From the NCBI GenBank assembly GCA_934085595.1, contig CAKOHK010000005.1:12147-76146 (forward strand): DNA of 64,000 bases. Reading direction: 5' to 3'. A program made the translations under genes and the position numbers. This stretch comes from an uncultured Bacilli bacterium (GTDB lineage: Bacteria; Bacillota_I; Bacilli_A; RF39; UBA660). Below, piece after piece: positions 1 through 7,801 of this stretch (position 1 is the first letter of the stretch; the number at the start of each line of letters is the position of its first letter). The notes under the pieces were generated by a model. The model was not told the DNA's origin. It did no database searches and saw nothing but the letters and a program-made list of their open reading frames with translations.

Positions 1-1419
1 ATTAGTTTTAGCATCCCACTTCCATGGTTCTCTTTTATAATATTTCCCACTTTCACTAGAAAGTCTAAGTATAGGACTATAAGTACCAAGTTGTACATAT
101 CTTATATATAACTCTTCATCCTCACTTCCCCCTTTAAATCCACCAATATCATGACTCCACCAAGAAATACCAATATTAGAAGAAGTACTATTATAAAAAG
201 GAAGTAATCTAAGAGTCTTAAAACTAACAGGAGTATTTCCACTATATAAAGCCCCTAAATTATGAGCACATACCCCATTATTCCTAGATATTATAAAGTT
301 TCTCTTATCTTTATACTTACTAAAGTTCTTATATAAATAATAATTAGTAGTATAATTCATAAGTTTACTTTTACTATTATTATCATCTACCCATAAGAAG
401 TCAACACCACTATCAATAACAGGATTAATTATATTCTTTAAAAATGAATCACATAATTTATAATCAAATACATTAAAAGGAATATCTTCACCCTTATTAC
501 TACCATAAGCATTTATAAAATTATTATAATTAGTTTCATTCTTACTTATTATTCCATTAGTACGTATATTAAGTCCAAGTCTAATATCATTATCATGTAA
601 ATCTTTACTAAGTTTACCTATAAAAGGAAATAACTCTCTATTAACACTAAAACTAATATTACTACCAAAATTATTTCTAGCTTTATCCCCAAGCATAATA
701 ACAGATAAAGGAATACTATTCTCTTTAAAATTATTTACAAGTTTATATATATCTCTTTCATTATATATTTCATCTTTATACCACCACACACCTAAAGCAT
801 ATCTTGGTATTAATGATGGAAAACCAGTTAAATTAAAATAATCTTTAAGTCCCTTTCCAAAATCATTATTATATATAAATAAATATGTATCTATATTTTT
901 ATAATTAGATGATATTATATTTCCATAATTAGTAAGTATAGGCGTCTTCGCATCATCTATTGAAACAAATCCATCAAGGCTAAATAATCCATTATCATAT
1001 TTAACTCTACCTTTAGTATCATCAAGACTATAACTACTTCCCTTAAAATTACGTGCTTCAGGATGATTAAAATACCATACTTTCTCAGTTCCATTAATAG
1101 TTACCCTAAGATTCGCATCAGGAACAAGTTTAGTCCCAACATAAGGACTTTCTTTTTTATATTCTATCATAAATACATCATTACTTATAACAAGAATACT
1201 CTCATCCTCTTTAACTTTAAGAGAAGGTTTACCAAAACTTCTATCTTTAGCAAACAAAGTAGGATAATCACTAAACTTCCCATCATTACTATATTCAAAC
1301 CTAATAAGAACATCACTTATTATACTAATTCTATATTTTTTACCCTTATATACATATCTAGATGGAGTCTTAGCTTTCTTTATATCTATATAAAATCCTG
1401 GTCCAAAATCATAAAACAT
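1..1419 (-). CDS. glycoside hydrolase family 31-like protein, N-terminal 473 codons (C-terminus lies beyond the window start)
   Basis: Absent from the supplied ORF track because it is open at the window edge. Reading the minus strand from the ATG at 1417-1419 (GGAGGA at 1427-1432) gives an unbroken frame to nt 1: MFYDFGPGFYIDIKKAKTPSRYVYKG... It carries GH31-style motifs DFLWVDDNN and WWSHDIGGF. Confidence 0.65.
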   Translation of the reverse strand, partial: MFYDFGPGFYIDIKKAKTPSRYVYKGKKYRISIISDVLIRFEYSNDGKFSDYPTLFAKDRSFGKPSLKVKEDESILVISNDVFMIEYKKESPYVGTKLVPDANLRVTINGTEKVWYFNHPEARNFKGSSYSLDDTKGRVKYDNGLFSLDGFVSIDDAKTPILTNYGNIISSNYKNIDTYLFIYNNDFGKGLKDYFNLTGFPSLIPRYALGVWWYKDEIYNERDIYKLVNNFKENSIPLSVIMLGDKARNNFGSNISFSVNRELFPFIGKLSKDLHDNDIRLGLNIRTNGIISKNETNYNNFINAYGSNKGEDIPFNVFDYKLCDSFLKNIINPVIDSGVDFLWVDDNNSKSKLMNYTTNYYLYKNFSKYKDKRNFIISRNNGVCAHNLGALYSGNTPVSFKTLRLLPFYNSTSSNIGISWWSHDIGGFKGGSEDEELYIRYVQLGTYSPILRLSSESGKYYKREPWKWDAKTN

Positions 1420-1431
1420 ATTTTTATCCTC

Positions 1432-3189
1432 CTATTTTTTTATACGAGCCATCCAATTATTAAATATCTGACAGTTAGAACTACTAGGTTCAGGATTTGC
1501 TTTTTCCATCTTAACTATCATAGGTATTTTAAATATTTTACCAAATGCAATACAAGTACCTGGCTGTAATGTCTTTTGTTTTTCTACTATATCCTCACTC
1601 ATATTAGGTACAGAAGCAGCTATATAATCTAAATCCTGAGGATGATTAATCTTAAATATAATAAAATTAGCACACTGACTTATAACATTACTAGAAAGTT
1701 CAGTAGGTCTTTGAGTAATTAAATCCATAATAAGTCCATACTTTCTTCCCTCTTTAGCAATTCTTTCAAATATGTTATATCCAAGTATCTTTTTATCATC
1801 ATTCTCAATTACATATCTATGCGCTTCTTCAAGTATCATATGTATTGGAAATGAAGCTCTATCACTAAGACTTCTAGTATATCTTAAAAATAATCTACCA
1901 AATATTTTAACTATACTACGAGCAAACCTATCATCAACATCTTCTAAATTAAAATTAACTATCTGACACTTCATATTATCTTTAATCTGAAGTCTTTTAA
2001 TATAATTCTCAAGAGTAATAAACTCATTACTAAAAAACTTACTCTTATCTCTTGTAACTAAATCATGTAATCTTACTTTAAGACTCATCGCACTATCATA
2101 CATATCTTCATTAAGTAAATATCTTTCACTATATAAAGTAAAGTTAAGTGCTACTTCTAAATCTTTAAGAGAATATCTAGTATCTTCTATATCAGTAAAG
2201 TTCCATTCTCTCTCTTCATTAATAAATGATTTAATATAATCTGTTATAACAGTACGTTCGGCAAATCTACCTTCCATATCTATATCAAAACAATCTCTAA
2301 ACTTACGTGTAAATCCTATACCTTTAACCTCTGCTTCAAGATTTAACTCTGGTGTATTAGTTTCACTTAATATTTCAAATATCTGATCTCTTATCTTAGA
2401 TGCTGTTTGATTAGTATATATTATTGATGTAATTGCTTTACTAAGAATATGATTCTTAAAATCATGTGCTTCATTATCTTTACGGGCAAACATACGCGCA
2501 TAAACAATTGCTGTTTCAACTATAGCTATTTGTGAAAAATCACTCGCATCAAGTAAATTAAGAACATCTTCAAAATTAAGTAAACAAACAGGTATACTAA
2601 GAGTTTCATAATCAAGTCTAGGATTAGTCGTTATAACTTTAAACTTATAATATTTATTATTATCACTTAACTTACTAAAAGCGTTAATATATTCACCATA
2701 ACTATCAAATATAAAAAGATTAGCTTTATATGGTATAACATCCCCACTAGGAAAAGCATTTTGTATTATTCTACATATACCATTAGTTTTACCACTACCA
2801 GTATTACCAAATATCGCAGTATGATTAGAGAATAAATCATCTATAGAAACATTAAGAGGATACCCATTATATAAAGGACTTATACCAAGAGGTATACTAC
2901 CCCTTTCATTACCAGTAAGTATTTTAAGTTCATCATTATTTATAATTCTAACTTTACTATCCATAGAAGGTTTTCTAATTAAACCACCAATAAAATTATT
3001 AGATGTAAGTTCACCTAAAAAAGAAATATTTACAGTCTCTTCACTAATACTATCTATCTCACCTAATATCTTCTTATCATTATCTTCAAACACAACATGT
3101 AAATTAATTAAATCTTTAATAGCACTCCTATCACCACCAAGTTTAACACTAGCACTATTCTTATTTATAGTAAGTATCCTATCAAACAT
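1432..3189 (-). CDS. HerA/DUF87-like P-loop ATPase
   Basis: 585 aa ORF. Walker A is GNTGSGKTN and the Walker B-like motif is HMILEEAHRY. The C-terminal block RKYGLIMDLITQRPTELSSNVISQCANFIIFKI is typical of HerA/DUF87 ATPases. AGGAG lies upstream of the ATG. Confidence 0.7.
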   Translation of the reverse strand: MFDRILTINKNSASVKLGGDRSAIKDLINLHVVFEDNDKKILGEIDSISEETVNISFLGELTSNNFIGGLIRKPSMDSKVRIINNDELKILTGNERGSIPLGISPLYNGYPLNVSIDDLFSNHTAIFGNTGSGKTNGICRIIQNAFPSGDVIPYKANLFIFDSYGEYINAFSKLSDNNKYYKFKVITTNPRLDYETLSIPVCLLNFEDVLNLLDASDFSQIAIVETAIVYARMFARKDNEAHDFKNHILSKAITSIIYTNQTASKIRDQIFEILSETNTPELNLEAEVKGIGFTRKFRDCFDIDMEGRFAERTVITDYIKSFINEEREWNFTDIEDTRYSLKDLEVALNFTLYSERYLLNEDMYDSAMSLKVRLHDLVTRDKSKFFSNEFITLENYIKRLQIKDNMKCQIVNFNLEDVDDRFARSIVKIFGRLFLRYTRSLSDRASFPIHMILEEAHRYVIENDDKKILGYNIFERIAKEGRKYGLIMDLITQRPTELSSNVISQCANFIIFKINHPQDLDYIAASVPNMSEDIVEKQKTLQPGTCIAFGKIFKIPMIVKMEKANPEPSSSNCQIFNNWMARIKK

Positions 3190-3250
3190 ACCCGCTCTCC
3201 TATTCTATAAATATTTTAACACAATACATCACCATAAACAATATAATAGA

Positions 3251-3276
3251 AATAAAAAGTAGTACTTAGTACTACG
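3251..3276 (-). terminator. rho-independent terminator after the 3278..5578 gene
   Basis: Perfect hairpin gtagtac-tta-gtactac at 3259-3275, followed on the minus strand by a T-run (A-run 3254-3258 on plus). Confidence 0.55.
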
Positions 3277-3277
3277 A

Positions 3278-5578
3278 TTATTTAACACTAAACACATTAC
3301 TTCCAACTAAACCATTAAACTTATCTGCTTCTGTTTGATTGCGAGCGTAGCCTTTACTCACGCTGCAATTATAAAACATATTACTTATATTAGTTACATT
3401 TGTTGTATCAAAACTACTTAAATCTATAACTGTTGCATCACACATATAAAACATACGGAACATATTCGTTACTTTGCTTGTATCAAAACTACTTAAATCT
3501 AAAACTTCTGCAGAACTTCTATGAAACATAGAATCCATATTTGTTACATTTGAGGTGTCAAAATTACTTAAATTTAAACTTGTGGCTTTGCTACTATAAA
3601 ACATATAACGCATGTTTGTTACATTCGAGGTGTCAAAATTACTTAAATCTAAACTTGTGGCTTTGCTACCAGAAAACATAGAACGCATTTGTATTACTTT
3701 ACTCGTATCAAAACTGCTTAAATCCAGACTTTCTGCAGCACAATCCTGAAACATACCTTCCATACTTGTTACACTACTTGTATTAAAGTTTTTCAAACCT
3801 TTTATTTCCGTTGCAGCAGTACCATAAAACATAGTATCCATATTCGTTACATTTGAGGTATTAAAACTACTTAAATCTAAACTTGTAGCTTTACTACTTT
3901 GAAACATAGCTGCCATATCTTCCACTTTGCTTGTATTAAATTTTTCTAAACCTTTTATTTCAACCGCTGCGCTATCATAAAACATCGCGTGCATATTTGC
4001 TACATTCGAAGTGTCAAAATTTGATAAATCTAATGATATAGCTGAACTATTCATAAACATACCATACATATTGTTTGTTTTACCAGTATCAAAACTACTT
4101 AAATCTAAACTTGTAGCTTTACTATTAGTAAACATATATTTCATATTTGTTACCTTATTTGTATCGAAATTCTCCAAGCCGATTATTTTTGTCGCCGAAC
4201 TATTCATAAACATACCATACATATTGTTTGTTTTACCAGTATCAAAACTACTTAAATCTAGACTTTCTGCAGCACTACTTTGAAACATTTCACTCATATT
4301 CGTTACATTAGACGTATTAAAGTTGCTTAAACCAAGTTCAACTGCTTTGCTACCAGAAAACATTCTCCACATAGTAGTTACTTTTGACGTATTAAAGTTT
4401 TCTAAGCCAATTATTTCTGTTGCGGCACTATCTTTGAACAGTTCATTCATATAAGTTACATTACTCGTATCAAAACTAGATACATCTATACTTGAAGCTT
4501 TGCTATCCCTAAACGTGGCTCCCATTCCAACTACAGGTTTATCATTAACTGTTTTGCACATTTCTGTTATTACTGGATCTGTTGAAGTTGCATCAGTTAA
4601 AATGATACCCCACGCATCATTATATGAATAATATGTATATGTATATTGTCCATCTACAAATTTATTATTTGTAACTTCACCATAACATTTTCTCTTACCT
4701 TTAACATATAAATTATTTATATCATTATCACTTAATTTTACATTAAGAGTTATATTTTCTTTTTTAATTTTAACATTATATTTATTATCTGCTTGAACAA
4801 TATCATTTGTTCCACCCATTAATTTAATTGATGTATTTATTATATTATTATTCTTATTAATATCTAAACTATGATCTCCAAGTTCTACATCATTAAATAT
4901 TACTGTACCATTTTCATCAGTAGTTCCAGTCATTGGATTAGAATGAAGTGTAACTTCACTATTTGCAACAGGTGTTCCATCTGCATTAGATATATTAAGT
5001 GTAAGATTATATGTATTGTAAGCAGGAACTATTCCAAGAACACCATAAAACTTTTTACCTTGATTATAATTCTGTGGTTTATTAGTATAATTTATAAACT
5101 CAATAGTTACAGTATACGTATGAGTTTCACCTGATAATATAAGTGCTGCTTCTTTATATGGATATAATACTTTATTAGTTTCAGCTGTGACTTCGTTTGT
5201 TTGAGGTACTATTACATTATCAGTATTATCACATGTACCTTTAGTAGCTCCACTACTCGTGCATGTACTTCTTATAACAAGTTCATCTTTTTGGATTTCA
5301 TTATAAAGTTTCTGCCAACCTAAAGTGTAATATGCTTCTTCATTACCAGTATTCACTACAGTAATAGTTTTAGTCATTGTCCATCCTGGTTCAATATTAC
5401 TTGCTCTTACTTCTTTTCCATCAGTATACTTAAGCTCAAGTTTAGTAGCACTTACATTTATAGTTTCAGCTACATCATTACCACTTATAGTTAAACTGAA
5501 ATATGCATACGTTAAACCTGCAGTTAATAAGAAAACAACCACAATTAAAACCCCATAAATAAACTTTTTATCTTTCAT
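3278..5578 (-). CDS. surface protein: SipW-type signal peptide + TasA/camelysin-like N-domain + beta-sandwich domain + DUF285/BspA-like leucine-rich repeats
   Basis: 766 aa. The N-terminus MKDKKFIYGVLIVVVFLLTAGLTYAYFS matches the SipW-cognate signal class (AYFS motif). It is followed by TasA-like strands (NIEPGWTMTKTITVVNTGNEEAYY ... [15 protein letters not shown]). The C-terminal half is about 16 repeats of the LDLSSFDTSNVTNMxxMFxxSxAT type. Confidence 0.8.
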   Translation of the reverse strand: MKDKKFIYGVLIVVVFLLTAGLTYAYFSLTISGNDVAETINVSATKLELKYTDGKEVRASNIEPGWTMTKTITVVNTGNEEAYYTLGWQKLYNEIQKDELVIRSTCTSSGATKGTCDNTDNVIVPQTNEVTAETNKVLYPYKEAALILSGETHTYTVTIEFINYTNKPQNYNQGKKFYGVLGIVPAYNTYNLTLNISNADGTPVANSEVTLHSNPMTGTTDENGTVIFNDVELGDHSLDINKNNNIINTSIKLMGGTNDIVQADNKYNVKIKKENITLNVKLSDNDINNLYVKGKRKCYGEVTNNKFVDGQYTYTYYSYNDAWGIILTDATSTDPVITEMCKTVNDKPVVGMGATFRDSKASSIDVSSFDTSNVTYMNELFKDSAATEIIGLENFNTSKVTTMWRMFSGSKAVELGLSNFNTSNVTNMSEMFQSSAAESLDLSSFDTGKTNNMYGMFMNSSATKIIGLENFDTNKVTNMKYMFTNSKATSLDLSSFDTGKTNNMYGMFMNSSAISLDLSNFDTSNVANMHAMFYDSAAVEIKGLEKFNTSKVEDMAAMFQSSKATSLDLSSFNTSNVTNMDTMFYGTAATEIKGLKNFNTSSVTSMEGMFQDCAAESLDLSSFDTSKVIQMRSMFSGSKATSLDLSNFDTSNVTNMRYMFYSSKATSLNLSNFDTSNVTNMDSMFHRSSAEVLDLSSFDTSKVTNMFRMFYMCDATVIDLSSFDTTNVTNISNMFYNCSVSKGYARNQTEADKFNGLVGSNVFSVK
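3358..4522 (-). repeat. in-frame DUF285/BspA-like repeat array (~24-26 codon units)
   Basis: Periodic xLDLSxFDTSxVTxMxxMF units are visible in the translation. A 64-nt exact repeat occurs at 4044-4107 and 4197-4260. Confidence 0.85.
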
Positions 5579-5604
5579 ACATGTACCTCTATTCTCTATT
5601 TAAA

Positions 5605-5633
5605 ATTATAAAGGTCCCACTCCCTCATGTCAA
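5605..5633 (-). promoter_or_regulatory. sigma-A type promoter, TTGACA-17 nt-TATAAT
   Basis: On the minus strand, TTGACA lies at 5633-5628, the 17-nt spacer at 5627-5611 and TATAAT at 5610-5605. The leader ATAGAGAATAGAGGTACATGT then runs into the ATG at 5578. Confidence 0.65.
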
Positions 5634-5685
5634 GTGGCAAACAAAAAGCAAACACTATTATGCTCACTTTTATTACAAGTTACTT

Positions 5686-6408
5686 CTATTTTTTAAACTC
5701 AATCTTATTCAAATATAACCCACATCCAGAAGCACATCTAAGTAAACTACATCTATTTTCACTCTCAAATATCAGATCTATATCAGAAATATTTTTCTTT
5801 CCATCATTAATATCAAGAAGTAACCCTACTATATTTCTAATCATATATCTTAAAAAGCCTTTACTATTAAAAACTAAATATAATATATCACCATCTTTAT
5901 AATAAGATATCATAATATTTCTCACATAATTATTATTATCTTTATCAGAAGTAAAACTTCTAAAATTATGTTCTCCACTTATTCTACTAATAAACTCTTT
6001 CAATACTTCTTCACTTATAATCTTATTATATTGATTAACGTATTCTACTTCTATAGGATTATATTCTCCCATATTTATCTTATATATATATTCTTTATTT
6101 ATAACATCTCTTCTAGTATCTATATTACTTTCACTAATATCTTTAATATATATATAATCATTTATCATAGAATTAATACTTCTCTTTAAACTATTAACAT
6201 CTACTTTAATATCTATATCAAAATAACAATACTGATTATTCGCATGTACATATCTATCAGTCCTAGAAGAAGCTATAGTATTTATATTTCTATTAAATAT
6301 AGTAGATAAACACTTCTCTATTTCCCCTTCTACAGTTAACTTATCTTTTTGTACCTGATATCCATAAAACTTTGATCCATTATAACATAAATTAATTAAA
6401 TATCTCAT
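5686..6408 (-). CDS. truA: tRNA pseudouridine(38-40) synthase TruA
   Basis: 240 aa. N-terminus YLINLCYNGSKFYGYQVQ and the catalytic-Asp motif SSRTDRYVHA. Its position after ecfA-like genes matches the usual Bacillota synteny. Confidence 0.85.
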   Translation of the reverse strand: MRYLINLCYNGSKFYGYQVQKDKLTVEGEIEKCLSTIFNRNINTIASSRTDRYVHANNQYCYFDIDIKVDVNSLKRSINSMINDYIYIKDISESNIDTRRDVINKEYIYKINMGEYNPIEVEYVNQYNKIISEEVLKEFISRISGEHNFRSFTSDKDNNNYVRNIMISYYKDGDILYLVFNSKGFLRYMIRNIVGLLLDINDGKKNISDIDLIFESENRCSLLRCASGCGLYLNKIEFKK

Positions 6409-6410
6409 TA

Positions 6411-7214
6411 TTAAAATATATCTCTATATATTCCTTTAATTAAATCAAGTATATTTCTATAATTATATAGAGTTCTTCCTTTCTTATTATATTTATCTAT
6501 AAAATCCATAATTAAAGGATACATAATACCACATTTATCTAATAACTCTCTATCTTTTAGTATATCTCTATCCCCATCTTTAATTATCTTTCCTCTATTC
6601 ATAATATATATATAATCACTTATTTCATTAACCGCATCACTATCTTTACTTATAAATATTATTATTTTATTATATTTACTTTTAAGTATTCTAAATAATC
6701 TATATATATCACTCTTATCTCTTTTAGTAAGTCCACTTGTTATATTATTTAATATTAATATACTAGGATTATATAATAACTCTCTTGTTAAATATACTTT
6801 CTTAGCTTCTATTAATGTTAAATCATATATATTACTATTTAATATATTATTATCAAGTTCTAATATTTTTAATGATTCATCTATTCTTTTATCTATATCT
6901 TTATTATATTTATAATTTATAAGAGTATTTTTAAACTCTTCATATACAGTTCCTTTTCCTAATTTCTCATATGGATTATTATCTACATATCCTATCTTTT
7001 TATTTATTATATTTTTATTTTTAATATTCTTATATTCTTTCTTATTATAATATACATTTCCATCATACTCTAAATTATATTTAAGTATATCTCCTATTAT
7101 ATTATTATTAGATATATCTATTCCTAAAAAAGAATATATTCCACTTTTATTTATATTAAAACTTATATCTTTTATTTTATTTAAATAACTTACTTTATCA
7201 AATCTTATTTCCAT
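6411..7214 (-). CDS. EcfA2-like ABC ATPase homolog with all catalytic motifs degenerate
   Basis: 267 aa, colinear with ECF energy-coupling ATPases (GYVDNNPYEKLGKGTVYEEF; ILILNNITSGLTKRDK; IYIMNRGKIIKDGDRDIL; GIMYPLIMDF). The Walker A position reads GIDISNNN, the signature reads LTLIE, Walker B reads LILNNI and the H-loop reads SKD. Confidence 0.6.
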   Translation of the reverse strand: MEIRFDKVSYLNKIKDISFNINKSGIYSFLGIDISNNNIIGDILKYNLEYDGNVYYNKKEYKNIKNKNIINKKIGYVDNNPYEKLGKGTVYEEFKNTLINYKYNKDIDKRIDESLKILELDNNILNSNIYDLTLIEAKKVYLTRELLYNPSILILNNITSGLTKRDKSDIYRLFRILKSKYNKIIIFISKDSDAVNEISDYIYIMNRGKIIKDGDRDILKDRELLDKCGIMYPLIMDFIDKYNKKGRTLYNYRNILDLIKGIYRDIF

Positions 7215-7735
7215 AATTCTTCTATTAACTCCTCATTACTTAAATAATATTTATTAGTTATATTATAATCCATCATATATCTATTTAAATCTATTATAAA
7301 TGGTAATGAATATCCTAGTCTTTTAAGTAATTTTTCTTCATTTAATACACTTATCTTTTTACCATCACATATTACTTTATTATTATATATTATAATTATT
7401 CTATCAAAATATAATGTTTCTTCTATATCATTAGTTATATTAATAAATGTTATATTTTTATTTTTAATATTGTTTAATATTTCTATTTTATCTTTATAAT
7501 CAAGTTCACATAATACATTTTGAAATACAAGAACATTTACATCATCTAATACTTTATTAATATAGTTTTTTATCTTAGTACTACTTCCTAGTGATTTAAT
7601 ATGATTATATGATAATATTACTTCATCAGAAGATAAGTTTAATCTATATAATTCTCTACATAAAAACTCACTACTATCTAGTATACTTATTTTTTCATCA
7701 CATATATTATATTTACTTTCCAAATATTCCCTCAT
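7205..7735 (-). CDS. N-terminally truncated, degenerate EcfA1-like protein
   Basis: 176 aa that align only to the C-terminal two thirds of EcfA. The signature position reads LSYNH, Walker B reads LVFQNV and the H-loop reads ITND. The ECF-type C-terminal tail is retained (LGYSLPFIIDLNRYM ... EELIEELWK). There is no Walker A region. Confidence 0.55.
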   Translation of the reverse strand: MREYLESKYNICDEKISILDSSEFLCRELYRLNLSSDEVILSYNHIKSLGSSTKIKNYINKVLDDVNVLVFQNVLCELDYKDKIEILNNIKNKNITFINITNDIEETLYFDRIIIIYNNKVICDGKKISVLNEEKLLKRLGYSLPFIIDLNRYMMDYNITNKYYLSNEELIEELWK

Positions 7736-7753
7736 AAATACATTCTATCACAT

Positions 7754-7789
7754 TTAAAAAAAATAATATACAATTGAATGTATATTATT
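7754..7789 (-). terminator. rho-independent terminator after the 7802..11335 gene
   Basis: 11-bp perfect stem aataatataca / tgtatattatt (7762-7772 and 7779-7789), followed on the minus strand by a run of T (A-run 7755-7761 on plus). Confidence 0.6.
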
Positions 7790-7801
7790 TTGAGTATATC
7801 A

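Noticed and set aside
1063-1569. Plus-strand 168-aa ORF, and many similar 60-125 aa ORFs lying antisense to long genes (e.g. 1772-1966, 4011-4283, 4871-5134, 5627-5902, 8679-8873, 19400-19663, 22406-22783, 34718-34936, 58258-58515, 58830-59123).
   Set aside because: Each lies entirely opposite a long, motif-supported gene. The translations are low-complexity I/F/L/S/Y/K-rich strings, as expected from antisense frames of AT-rich coding DNA. None has a convincing RBS. The repeat-like antisense ORFs simply mirror the coding repeats.
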